This document shows positions 1-13,302 of a stretch of 64,000 nt of DNA, one piece after another. The stretch spans positions 30,504,001 to 30,568,000 of the forward strand of contig OX597834.1 of the NCBI GenBank assembly GCA_951406725.2. Reading direction: 5' to 3'. Made by a program: the position numbers and the translations under genes. The notes beneath the pieces were generated by a model. It worked only from the letters and a program-made list of their open reading frames with translations. It was not told the DNA's origin and did no database searches. This stretch comes from Octopus vulgaris (Eukaryota). Numbering within the stretch: the stretch's first letter is position 1; each line of letters starts with the position of its first letter.

Positions 1-374
1 ATCCACACTCAGATATGCACAACCACGCAATTACACTCACGCTCACACTCATACACTGATAACACATTTTTATCTCCTACTCATGAATTAGTATTGTTTG
101 AAAGTGAAGTGGGGGGAGAGGACTTGACCTAGTAAACTTTCAGGAAACGTATTAGGTTAACTTTGAAATATAATAATTACTCTTCCTAATTTTCACACAA
201 GGCCAGCAATTTCAAAAGAGTTGGGGGGGGGGGGGCGGTACTCAATTACAACAACCCCCAGTGCTCAACTGGTACCTTTATTTTATTGACCCCGAGAAGA
301 TGAAAGGTAAAATTGACCTCGACAAAGTTTGAACTCCAGAACATGACAAGTTAAAAAGAAACGTGCAACATTTT

Positions 375-805
375 GGGATCTTTTCAGTTTGAACGGCAGT
401 TTTTTCTAGGGTGTCATATGAAATTGTCACCCATAATTATGACCCTAGTATCGATCTATTGCATTTCAATCTGTTTTAGGGTTAGGGTTAGTTAGGGTTA
501 GGGGTGGGGGAAGGGTATCTTTTTTCTTCAGAAATGTAAATAAACCCAATCTGTTTCTTAAACTAGGGACATATTCATATGGCACAGAATGATTTTTTTT
601 TACCTCAATAGAGGTCATTGATTGGTTGAAATTGCAGAAATTAAAGAAAAAGAACAACAAATATCTTACAAACTATAGAATTTTCTCAATAATGCCAAGA
701 GAAAAAGATGTCTTATAAACACATTCTACCAGTATACGAAGTTTGAAAGTGTTTAGTTACGTGGAAATTATTTTTAAAAACTGCCGTTCAAACCGAAAAG
801 ATCCC
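375..805. mobile_element. Non-autonomous TIR DNA transposon with internal TTAGGG repeats (copy 1)
   Basis: ~30-bp TIRs (GGGATCTTTTCAGTTTGAACGGCAGTTTTT / AAAAACTGCCGTTCAAACCGAAAAGATCCC), flanking direct repeat CATTTT, near-identical copy at 46750-47176. Confidence 0.85.
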
Positions 806-1574
806 CATTTTGTGCTACGAAAGGAACAAGGCCTGAATTTTTGGGGGAGGGGACTAGTCGATTCCATGAACCCCAGTACTTAACAGGTACTCGTTTCATT
901 GGCCCAGAAAAGATGAAATGCAAAATCAATCTAGGTAGGATTTGAACTCAGAACATAAAGATTGACAAAATGGTGCAAAGTATTTAGCCTGGGTGCTAAT
1001 GATTCGATCATCTCATTGCCTTAATAAATAATATTAATGATTGTTTGAGAAGAGGGAACAGTCAGTTACATTGACCCGAGGGCTTAACTGGTACTTATTC
1101 TATTCGCTCCGAAAAGATGAAAGGTAAAGTTAACTGCAGTGGAATTTGAACCCAGAACGTAAAGAGCTGGGAGAAATGTTGGCTAAAGTATTTTTCTCAA
1201 CACATTAACATATCTGCTGGTTTAGTGCCTTAAACGTTCATCATGATGATTGTTATTATTATCATTATCATTATAATAACACGGTGAGCTGGCCGAATCG
1301 TTAGCACACAGAGCGAAATACTTAGCAGGATTTCGTCTGTCTTTACATTCTGAGTTCAAATTCTACTGAGGTCGACTCTGCCTTTCATCCATTCGGGATC
1401 AATTAAGTACCAGTTGCGTACTAGAATCAATCTAATCGACTGCCCCCCCCCCCCCCTTCCCACCCAAATTTCAGGCCTTGTACCTATAGCAGAAAGGATT
1501 ATTATTATTAAAAGATGGAAAACTGGCAGAAATGTTTAACAGCATTCCATCTGTCTTTTGAGTTCAAATTCCAA

Positions 1575-2040
1575 AGAAGGAAAAGGTACGCATAAATGGG
1601 CTGGTTACGCCCCTGGCATAGGCCGCGCAATTATGGTCTCATTTCGCTTGCCGGGTCTTCTCAAGCACAGCATATTTCCAAAAGTCTCAGTCACTTGTCA
1701 TTTCCTTGGTGAGGCCTAAAGTTCGAAGGTCGTGCTTCACCACTTCATCCTAGGTCTTCCTGGGTCTACCTCTTCCACAGTTTCCCTCAACTGCTAGGGT
1801 GTGACACTTTTTCACAAAGCTATCCTCATTCATTCTCGCCACATGACCATACCAGTGCAAACGTCTCTCTTGCACACCACATCTGATGCTTCTTACATCC
1901 AACTTTTCTCTCAAGGTGCTTACACTCTGTCGAGTATGCACACTGACATTACACATCCGTTGGATCATACTAGCTTCATTCCTTGCGAGCTTATGCATAT
2001 CCTCAGCAGTCACAGCCCATGTTTCAATGCCATGTAGCTC
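1575..2040 (-). mobile_element. RTE-clade LINE 3' fragment
   Basis: ORF 1750-2013 has the RT C-terminal signature RRLHWYGHVARM...VEGNCGRGRPRKT. Related pieces at ~43380-43560 and ~57790-57970. Confidence 0.85.
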
Positions 2041-5000
2041 ATCTCAGCAAAATATTTCTCCACTGTGAGTGTACAACAACTCAACAAGTTATCAGGGCTA
2101 TGACTTTTATGTCTATGAGAATTAAACAAATGAGAAGAATGAACCACAGAAAGAATATCCGGAATATTTATCACAAGTTTTATATAAACATACGTATGTG
2201 TGTGTATATATATGTAGGTGCATGTATATTATCATTCATCATCATTTAGTGTGCGTTTGTGTGTGTGTGTAGCTATGTGTTATGTGTGTGTAAATCTATG
2301 TATGTGTTTGTATATATGTTTATATATAGTTGTATGTGTGTGTTTGTGTGTAAATTTGTTGTGCTTTAGCACTACATAGCTTGCAAAACCACAATTATTA
2401 AATATATTTTAAGCTGCCAAAGCCATAAATATTAAGAACTAATTCAGTAACATTTCTCAACGTAGTTAATCGTGGTAACAAATGTTTGTTTATATAGATA
2501 TGTAAATGTATATTAGTATACCCATGCTGTCAAAAATGGTCTTCTAAAAAGAAATAAGCTGAAACTGTTGTTTTAATAACTGCATTGTCATAACATACAT
2601 TCCATATATTTGATGTTGGCTTTGCATTAGTAAGAATAATTAAATTTTTATTGATAATATTTTGAAGGATTGGATCCAAAGAGAATGAAATGTGAGGAAA
2701 GGTTTTATTTAAATTGTTCTATTTTATTGAGGTTAAAACAATAAAACTTATTTAATTCCTTTATCTTCAGTCATTAGACTGCAGCCATGCTGGAGCATGG
2801 CTTTGAATAATTTTTAACCAAATGAATCAACCTCAATATTTTTTTTTCTTTTTAAACCTGGTACTTATTCTATTAGTCTATTTTGCTGAACCACTAAGTT
2901 ACAGGGGCGTAAACACACTAATGCCAGTTGTCAAGTGTTGGCAAGAAACATACACATATGTATATATACATGACTGGCTTCTTTCAGTTTCCATCTACCA
3001 AATCCACTCAAGGCTTTGGTTGACCCAATATGCTGTAGTAGAAAACACTTGCCCAAGGTCCCATGCAGTGGAATTGAACACAGTACCATGTGATTGGGAA
3101 GCAAGCTTCTTACCACACAGCCGTGCCTGTGTCTATAGTTGTTGATGATTTCTCTATAACTGTATCAAATTGCTGGTGAGCATGCTTTGTCGAAAACAAC
3201 AGCAGTTCACACAGATATTATTCATATGGAACTGTAGCTATGTGGTTAAGAAGTTTGCTTCCCAAACCATGTGGTCTCAGGTTCAGTCCTACTATGTGGC
3301 ACCTTGGGTGCGTGACTTTTACTGTAGCCCTAGGCCAGGGGTGGGCAAACTATGGCCCGCGGGCCACATGCGGCCCGCCGAGAGCTTTTATGAATCCCAA
3401 CTTCTATGCAGATACTTCGTAACTGTACGGTAATTCACAATATTTTCACTTGATTTTTATAAATGAGGCCCGCCAAGGTTCCAAAGACGCACTGTGCGGC
3501 CCGCGATCAAAAAAGTTTGCCCACCCCTGCCCTAGGCTAACCAAAGCCCTGTGAGCAGGTTTGGTAAATAGAAACTGAAAGAAGCCTTTCATATGTATGC
3601 ATGTGTGTTTTTGTGTACCTTTATCTAAACACAACATGATGGATGTAAGCGGACATTATCGTTATGGAAGAGAGAAGCTGCTTGTTTCCAGAGAGACTTC
3701 TGTGAAAAACATAGCATTTGGAAAATATTACCTTACTTGGAAACAGGTCAGGGTTTGCAGCAGGAAAGGCATCCAGCCAGAGAAAAATCTCCCTCAACAA
3801 ATTCCATCTGATCCATGCTTGCACAAAAAAATGAATCATCATCATCATCATCATTGTTTAACATCTGCTTTCCATGCTAGCATGGGTTGGACGGTTCAAC
3901 TGGGGTCTGGGAAGCCAGAAGGCTGCACCAGGCCCAGTCTGATCTGGCAGCGTTTCTACAGCTGGATGCCCTTCCTAACGCCAACCACTCCGTGAGTGTA
4001 GTGGGTGCTTTTTATGTGCCAGACAAGGCTGGCAAACGGCCACAATTGGATGGTGCTTTTTACGTGCCACCGGCACGGAGACCAGACAAAGCTGGCAACG
4101 GCCACGGTCGGGTGGTGCTTTTTACGTGCCACCTGCACTGAAGCCAGTCAAGGCGGCGCTGGTTACGGCCACATTCGGATGGTTCTCTTACGTGCCACCG
4201 GCACTGGTATCACAGCTGACAATGATAATGATTTATGCTAAGACATGAAGTAAAATTCTGTGGAGTTTACTACACACAGTTTAGATATCTCAGTTCATAC
4301 ATGAATGGTGTAACAAGTGAAATTTCTTGAGAACTTTAGTCTCTAAAACGAGCTGCACTTGGGCCCCTCTCTCAAGAGTACCCCTTTCACGCTCCCGCCG
4401 TCAGTCTCCACCACCCCTCACCTAGCATAGCTATGCTTTTCATCTTTCCCATCTTTTCTAATAGCGCTTTATCTCTTCTTCCTGCTTATTACACTTCAGC
4501 AGGACAACAAAGGAATACATCTGTATAAACACTCAGTAAACTTCATGAAAGAAGATCAGAAAAGCATTAATTCTCCATCTAATTAGTTATAAACATATCA
4601 GGATACATTGACAATCTTACAATTTAAATTAATATTTTTTTTTCCTATTAAAATTCTTTGATTAAAAGTCAGATCATTATTGACAATTTCAATTTTTTTT
4701 CTTTTCTTTTTATAGCTAAAATATAAGAATTCTATAAAAGATGAATATCATTAAAGTAATGTCAGCTTGAATTGATTCCAAGACACAATCTTTTCTTTTA
4801 GCTGTTTCAGTCACCAGACTATGGCCATTCTGGGGCATCACCTTGAAGGATTTAATCAAGCAGGTTGACCCTAGTGTTTGTTTATTTATGGGGAAGGTGC
4901 CTGAGAACTCTGTCCCCACGATCCTCTCAGGAATAATGGGTAGCAAAAATAAATGGATGTCTAAAAGACAGGATGGCCATGGCTGGAACATGGTTGGCTG

Positions 5001-5119
5001 GGATCAGGCCTTAACTAAAGTGGAGCTAAATGGCAACAGTGCTGTCAATACTACCAGTTAGTGGTCCCACTTTAAACTCATTTGTGGGCATGAATGTTGC
5101 TTAGTAACTGAAAGAGTCC

Positions 5120-5515
5120 CATTGCAAATACAAGCAGCCAAAATGGGGTTTCTCCGAAGGATCTCTGGAACAGTGTTACTCGACAGAGTGTGTAGCTCAA
5201 AGATCAGGGAGTCTTTCTGAGTTGAGCTGCTCCTTCTCTAGATTGAGGGATCACAGCTCCAGAACTATAAACGTGTGGTTAGACTATCACTGGGAAGAAT
5301 CGCAAATTGGATTCTTCAAACCAAACCAGCTGGGAGGAGATTTAAGAGAAGTCCAAGAATGAGATGGTTGGATGACATCCATAGTCTCCATTGGTCATGC
5401 TTTGGAATCCAGCCTAAAAGTCTAATGACATTTGCACCTGATAGGACTCCTCTCATGTAGCAGGTGCTTGAGGACTCTCCCTCCATGACCCTCCCAGGAA
5501 TAATGGGTGCAAAAG
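5120..5515 (+). mobile_element. Degenerate RTE-like LINE 3' fragment
   Basis: Translates as QAAKMGFLRRISG...GRRFKRSPRMRWLDDI with in-frame stops. Confidence 0.7.
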
Positions 5516-5542
5516 ATGTATGTATCAATGAGTGCATGAGTA

Positions 5543-5919
5543 TACTCTTTTTTACTCTTTTACTTGTTTCAGTCATTGACTGTAACCATGCTGGAGCACC
5601 GCCTTTAGTCGAACAAATCGACTCCAGGACTTATTCTTTGTAAGCCTAGTACTTATTCTATCGGTCTCTTTTGTCGAACTGCTAAGTTATGGAACGTAAA
5701 CACACCAGCATCGGTTGTCAAGCGATGTTGGGGGGGACAAACACAGACATACACATACATATATATGATGGGCTTCTTTCAGTTTCTGTCTAGCAAATCC
5801 ACTCACAAGGCTTTGGTCGGCCTAAGGTTATAGCAGAAGACACTTGCCCAAGGTGCCACGCAGTGGGACTGAACCCGGAACCTTGTGGTTCGAAAGCAAG
5901 CTACTTACCACACAGCCAC
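5543..5919 (-). mobile_element. SINE family A
   Basis: Reverse complement of the family A consensus. Confidence 0.88.
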
Positions 5920-6257
5920 ATAAAAAAACAGGATAGTCATGGCTAGAACACCTTTGATCTATGGTTTGATGCCTCGGGACTAACCTGACTGAACTGGAGC
6001 TAAATAGCAAAGGCACAGCCATCAGCCCTAGTAATTGGTGTCCCATTTTCAGCTGAGTCAATCTGCTGAGCTCCTCTTTGAAACATATGTGTACCTCTCA
6101 GTCATATTTAAATACTCAGAAAGTAAACGCATCCGAATCAAATTTCTTGATAACATCTTTCATTGTTGTGGCAGTCATAGGAAGCAAATTGAGTAGCAGT
6201 TCATTTTAGTAATTAAAATATCAACCATATCTCTCTCTCTCTATTCAAGTTAATTAA

Positions 6258-6304
<47 letters not shown>

Positions 6305-6493
6305 CATGCACACATATACACACATGCGCTTCAGCTGGATGGTTTTAAGTTCTTTATTTTGTGGGAAGGACACATGGTGTAATGTTGCAACTCTTAGTTT
6401 TTAATTGATTGTTTCCGGAAGAGTGGAGGTGCGGGAGGGTGGGGCATTTTCTAACGAGTCTGGTTTAGCTTTACAAATTAAAACTGAAGTCTT

Positions 6494-7607
6494 ACTACCG
6501 CTGTTGGTATTATGGCCACTACTACTATTACTGCTACCACAGTTGCTGCTGCTGTTGCTGCTACTACTTTTACTACTGCTACTGCAATTCTGTTAAAACT
6601 ACTATTACTACTACTACTACTACTAATACAACTACCGCTGTTGGTATTATGGCCACTACTACTATTACTGCTACCACAGTTGCTGCTGCTGTTGCTGCTA
6701 CTACTTTTACTACTGCTACTGCAATTCTGTTAAAACTACTATTACTACTACTACTACTACTAATACAACTACCGCTGTTGGTATTATGGCCACTACTACT
6801 ATTACTGCTACCACAGTTGCTGCTGCTGTTGCTGCTACTACTTTTACTACTGCTACTGCAATTCTGTTAAAACTACTATTACTACTACTACTACTACTAA
6901 TACAACTACCGCTGTTGGTATTATGGCCACTACTACTATTACTGCTACCACAGTTGCTGCTGCTGTTGCTGCTACTACTTTTACTACTGCTACTGCAATT
7001 CTGTTAAAACTACTATTACTACTACTACTACTACTAATACAACTACCGCTGTTGGTATTATGGCCACTACTACTATTACTGCTACCACAGTTGCTGCTGC
7101 TGTTGCTGCTACTACTTTTACTACTGCTACTGCAATTCTGTTAAAACTACTATTACTACTACTACTACTACTAATACAACTACCGCTGTTGGTATTATGG
7201 CCACTACTACTATTACTGCTACCACAGTTGCTGCTGCTGTTGCTGCTACTACTTTTACTACTGCTACTGCAATTCTGTTAAAACTACTATTACTACTACT
7301 ACTACTACTAATACAACTACCGCTGTTGGTATTATGGCCACTACTACTATTACTGCTACCACAGTTGCTGCTGCTGTTGCTGCTACTACTTTTACTACTG
7401 CTACTGCAATTCTGTTAAAACTACTATTACTACTACTACTACTACTAATACAACTACCGCTGTTGCTATTATGGCCACTACTACTATTACTGCTACCACA
7501 GTTGCTGCTGCTGTTGCTGCTACTACTTTTACTACTGCTACTGCAATTCTGTTAAAACTACTATTACTACTACTACTACTACTAATACAACTACCGTTGT
7601 TGGTATT
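6494..7607. repeat. 137-bp tandem repeat, 8 near-identical copies plus a partial copy
   Basis: Unit starts ACTACCGCTGTTGG at 6494, 6631, 6768 ... 7453. The ORF track repeats with a 137-bp period. Confidence 0.97.
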
Positions 7608-7928
7608 CTTGTTGTCACCCAGAGTCAACAGATGATTAAATTCTGCCAAGGCTAACTTGGCAGACTCATTTGGAGCCTCAGACCACATGCTTCAAGGTAA
7701 CACCCTTCCTGATTCATATCGACTCACAGGGCCAGTTTCCTGTTTTCCATGATGCATATATTTCTCACCCTGGTTTGGATACCAGTCTGTCCAGGAAATA
7801 CTCATTTTGTCGGGGGCCTGTGAGATAAGTATCAATTGAGCACTGGGGTCAGTGTAATTGACTAACCCCATCCAACTGAATTTCAGGCCTTTTGCCTATA
7901 ATAGAAAGGATTATTTTTATTATTTGCA

Positions 7929-9186
7929 TTGGGTTATCCCATAAATAATGCAGTTTTTTTTATACATCTTATTTTTCAAAATTAAGATAAACAAAGTTCT
8001 TTTTTAATCTACATTCATTTCTATATTTTCTACAATGCTCTTCCATCTATCTGGTAGATTTGCAAGGTCCCTCTTTCAAAATTCCCTTGTCAATCATGAA
8101 AAATACTTCCCCACTACTGTTCTGACCTCGTCTACAGAATTCATATTTTTTCTGTCCAAATGATTTCGAAGACTGCGGAATAAATGATGATCAGATGGAT
8201 CAATGTCTGGTGAATATGGTGTACGGGGGTTCGTTTCTCATTCCAACTGCTCCAGCCTTTGGAATGTCATCATCACTCTATGTGGCCGATCATTATCCTG
8301 ATGGAAGAACACCTTTTGTCTTGAAACCAAAGAGGGTCATTTTTCTTCAAGCACTGACTTAAGCTGCTCAAGCTGTTTGCAATAGATCCCCTTTATTATC
8401 ATTTGATTCGGGTTTAAAAGTTCAAAGTGGAGTAAACCTTTCATATCCCACCAAACAGATAACAACACCTTACATGGGTGAAGATCTTCTTTAGCCTGGG
8501 GTGCCAATGTTTCTCCCTTTCCCTACCCACTGTCTTTGGCACTTGACATTTTTATAGAGAATCCATATCTTGTCACCAGGCACTATTCAGTCCAAAAAAG
8601 GTTCATTCATGAGACTTGACAGCAAAGAAGAGCACACATTCACTCTTTCTGTGTGATTAGGCTTGGAAATTTGGTGAGGAACCCATTGACCCAATTTGCT
8701 GACTTTTCCAATGGAACGCAGGTGCTAATGAATGGTTGAATGACCAAATGCAAGCTTCTCTGCTAGTTCCTCAACAGTTATGATGAGATTTTGTTCCACC
8801 AGGGTTTGCAGGACATCCTTGTTGAGCTCTACTTATCTTCCAGAATGAGGCCTGTCTTCTAGGCTGTAGTTTCCAGCTCGGAATTTCTGGAATCACTGTT
8901 GGTACTGGCTTATACTTAGTATCCAGTCCCTATATACTGCATCAGTATTTCTCACACTTTCCATTGCGTTGTTGCCTTTATTGAACTCATTAAGCAAAAT
9001 ATGCTGAATATGCTCTTTTGTCACTTCTATTATAACTTAGAAAAAAATAACTGTTAAAATCAAACTGCACTCTTCAAAACTTGAACTTAGAATAAGGACA
9101 AGGTAAACTTACTTCATGCTTTTATGGCAAGTTGATGCGGGTAGTTTATCCCATGAAAAATCCACATTATTTATGGGATGACTCAG
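7929..9186 (-). mobile_element. Full-length degenerate mariner element (~1.26 kb)
   Basis: Imperfect TIRs (TTGGGTTATCCCATAAATAATG / CATTATTTATGGGATGACTCAG) enclose a disrupted transposase. Confidence 0.9.
8000..9030 (-). pseudogene. Mariner transposase pseudogene
   Basis: Minus-strand motifs EVTKEHIQHIL, GQWVPH, VPGDKIW, FFHQDN and PYSPDIDPSDHHLFRSL. No intact long ORF. Confidence 0.9.
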
Positions 9187-9804
9187 TAGTAATAATTTTG
9201 TTATTTTTCTTTCTTTATTAAGTTTCAAATTATCATTACATATAGATGTTTTCTTTGTTTCTTGCCTGGAAAAATATTTCGGTTTCCAAAGTAAATATGT
9301 GTGTGTGTGTGTAAAATTATTCATGTTACAGATGTAGATTTAGTTTAATCTGCCTATTTACATTACTATAGTTCACTAAATCTTGAGGTTTTAATAAACA
9401 GATACATTTTTAGGCAAAACATTGTTTGACCATTCTAGCATAAATCTGCCTTTATACATACATGTATGCATACATACATACATCCTACTAATTCCCTGTG
9501 AAAAATAACATATATACATATAATAACAGTTTATATAACCTTTTCAATCAAGAATTCATAATACTATGAATGTGTGTGTGTGTGAGCATGTGCTTGCATG
9601 CGTGTGTGTCTGTATACATAAATGGCAGTTTCTGTCTGTTTGGGAAGTCTGTGACTTAGACAGGATATCGTGTGAACTTTGATGTCAATATAGGTAAAAA
9701 ATATAGTGGAAACAGACCATATGGGTTGGTGAAATGGCTCAGTTAAAGACCATACTACATCATATGCCATCAACACTGGCACTTCTATTTTGGCCTCTCT
9801 CCCT

Positions 9805-10010
9805 CTTTACTCTTTTACTTGTTTCAGTCATTTGACTGCAGCCATGCTGGAGCACTGCCTTTAGTCGAGCAAATCGACCCCGGGACTTATTCTTTGTAAG
9901 CCCAGTACTTACTCTATCGGTCTCTTTTGCCGAACCGCTAAGTGATGGGGACGTAAACACACCAGCATCGGTTGTCAAGCAATTTTAGGGGGACAAACAC
10001 AGACACACAA

Positions 10011-10067
<57 letters not shown>

Positions 10068-10224
10068 TACGACAGGCTTCTTTTCAGTTTCCGTCTACCA
10101 AATCCACTCACAAGGCATTGGTCAGCCCGGGGCTATAGCAGAAGACACTTGCCCAAGGTGCCACGCAGTGGGACTGAACCCGGAACCATGTGGTTGGTTA
10201 GCAAGCTACTTACCACACAGCCAC
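9805..10224 (-). mobile_element. SINE family A
   Basis: Reverse complement of the family A consensus. Confidence 0.88.
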
Positions 10225-10239
10225 TTTTTTTTTTTGTTC

Positions 10240-10947
10240 TTCATGGGCTATAGCAGAACATTTTGCCTGTGTTCTGGCAGCATTATTAAGGGCAACTATG
10301 AAGGTTTATTGTGTGAAATGAAAACAAATTTTTTTAAAAGAGGTGACATTCTATAAATGCAAAAACAAAATTTGTTAGCAACTTTATAGAAAGACAAAAG
10401 ACAGATTTAATTTCTGTCTCCTAATGAACAACCTGGTGTTGGTGCTGAGGGGAAACCCCTATTTAATATTTGTCATAATAAATATATGGGTGGGGTTGAC
10501 AGATCCAACCAGTATCAGGCATACTATTCAGTTGGACAACCTGAGAAGAAATAGTGGAGGTACATTTTGTTTCTAGTGAATTTAACTATAGTTAATTCAT
10601 GTATTATGTAAAAAGCCAAAAGGAACCTCCACCACCAAAGGACTACGACCATTTGAAATTTCGGGTTGACATTGCATCTCAGTTACTTGAGGGCTTTTCT
10701 TCCTGAAAACACAGAACTGTGAGAAAAGCAAAATTAACTGAGGTGGATGCCAACAGAGAAAATATTTGACTTTCCTAAAGTCAAAAATATAAATGGAAAC
10801 AAAAAAGTTTGTAGAAAAAAGTGTTCGCTACAAAAAACAAAATCTCTGAAAGGATATCAGGTGAAGACCTTGTATAAGTGTTTGTTTTACAAAGTGCCCT
10901 TGCGTAAAGGGTGCTTTGCACAGTTTCATGATAGAAATATGACATAA
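10240..10947 (+). pseudogene. piggyBac-type transposase C-terminal remnant
   Basis: HNKYMGGVDRSNQYQAYY (third catalytic Asp motif region), FRVDIASQL and a degenerate Cys-rich C-terminus (KC...VPL..GCFAQFH), with stops and frameshifts. Confidence 0.8.
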
Positions 10948-13302
10948 CTATATTTTGTTGTTTGATAGTAATACTATCATATACTCCTTTCATTTTATTC
11001 TTTTCTACTCTAGGTATAAGGCCTAAAATTTTGGGGGAGGGAACCAATCGATTAGATTGACTCTGGTACGCAACTGGTACTTAATTTATCGACCCCAAAA
11101 GGATGAAAGGCAAAGTTGACCTTGGCAGAATTTGAACTCAGAACGTAAAGACAGACGAAATACCACTTAGCATTTCACCCAGCGTGCTAATGATTCTGCC
11201 AGCTCACCACCTTATTCCTTTCATTTTAGTAGAAATAATATGTGAAAGGGAGAAATACATATTAATTTTCAGTATGCTACACACCTGTATTCACCTTTGT
11301 CTTACCTGTTAATAAGCTTTTTTTATTAGATGTATTCTGTGCTGCAAATGAATTCATTAAATTGTATAAGTGTACATAGCCAATGGTATATTGACTAGTG
11401 AAGGAGTTTTGTACTTTATTTTCAATGAAAATATTTGAATGAAATATAGAGAAAGAAAAAAATCTTGTACTGATTACACCTGTATTTTAATTAATTCAAA
11501 TTAATGTACTTCATCTTCAAAAGTGGCAAAATTGTTGGCAGTCAACACCTCACCACTCTTCTATCACCTTCCAACCCTAGTTCCCTTCCACCTGCCTCTG
11601 AAGTCCTCTGTAGCTCTTCTGTTCTGCTCTGACCCTTCTCTCTCATACTCTGCCCCTTTCTACCTCTTTATTCTTTGAGGATTAAGGTACTCCTTCCCAC
11701 TCAGGGTTCACAGTCTTGCAAACTGCATGGTGCCCTCAATGGTGTTGGTGGTATGGAAAAAGCAGCACCCAGCACACACACTTAAGCAGTTGCCATTAGG
11801 AAGGGCATCCAGCCATAGGAAAACCATACCAAAGCAGACATTGGAGCACGATACCGTCCTTGGGCCCATTGCATCCTGTCAAACCATCCAACCCATGCCA
11901 GCGTAGAATATAGACATTAAATGATACACACACACACTGTGCATTTCTTAATAGGTTGTTTTTGTTATTGTCTTCATCCTGTCTGGATATGTAAGAAGCT
12001 CACCAAACTAAACTTGTTGCAAAATACTCTTAAATTTCACCAAACTACAAACACCCACTTAACAGTTTGTTGCAGAATCTATTTAAATATCCTTTTTTTT
12101 TTGTGTCTTTAGTATGTTTCGTTTTTAATAACATTTATTTTAAATGAAACACAAGAGGTGATTTTTTTTTTTAATACTTTTTAAATTAATTGTTTTATCT
12201 TTACATTTTTATACAAATACTTACTTACATTTGAATAAATTTTCTATCGTGCACAAAGCTTTATAAACAACGACTGCCAGATTATATCTCTTCACTAAAA
12301 GCGCTCATGTTGTACATAACTAGTCCATTATCTCTATTTCCAAAAATACTCAAGTTTCTATTATTATTATTATTATTATTATTATTATCATCATTATTAT
12401 TATCATCATCATTATTATTATTATTATTATCATTATTATTATTATCATTATTATTATTATCATCATTATTATGATGGCGTTAGGAAGGGCATCCAGCTGT
12501 AGAAACACTGCCAGATCAGACTGGGCCTGGTGCAGCCTTCTGGCTTCTCAGACCCCAGTTAAACCGTCCAACCCATGCCAGCATCGAAAGCGGACGTTAA
12601 ATGATGATGATGATCATCAATTATTATTATTATTATCATTTTTATCATTATTATTATTATTATTATTATCATTTTTATCATCATTATTATCATCATCATT
12701 ATTATCATCATCATCATTATTATTATCATCATCATCATCATTATTAAAGGCAGTGAGCTGGCAGAACCATTAGTACAAAATAATCAACAGCATTTCATCT
12801 GTCTTTACATTCTGAGTTCAAATTCCGCTGAGGTTGACTTTGCCTTCCATCCTTTCAGGGTCAGTAAAATAAGTACCAGTTGAATACTGGGGTCTATGTA
12901 ATCAACTTACCTCCTCACCCCTGAACAGTTAGTATTTTCTTCAGATTGAGTAACCCATCTCACTCAAAAGGTCCCTGAATAAGGGTTGTTTAAGGATGTT
13001 GAGTGAAACACCCATGTTTCCAAAGGTGAATTATTCAAACCCCAAAGAATCCTCTCAACATATGGCTATGATGCTCCTCCACTACTTCTGCTCATGATCA
13101 GAGATACAGTTATCATCTGCCACTAAGGGACATGCTCAACTGGTTAAGGTCAAACGACTGACAAGCAAATCTGTGGTATGGAGCAGAATATTTGCTGTAG
13201 CCCATCTCTTATGCCAAGACAAAACAATGTACATAATAACACTTCCAATCAATTAAGATCAGAAGCCATAAGAGTCACTTATTATTATTATCATTATTAT
13301 TA

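Noticed and set aside
476-512. Chromosome end or telomere fusion site
   Set aside because: Only a few TTAGGG units, internal to a dispersed TIR element.
6405-7688. Series of 73-aa Thr/Leu-rich ORFs
   Set aside because: Translation artefacts of the 137-bp tandem repeat.
9760-10253. Recurrent ORFs such as MTTDAGVFTSPSLSGSAKETDR and RLPNPLTRHWSARGYSRRHLPK
   Set aside because: Translations of SINE family A in various frames, not a gene family.
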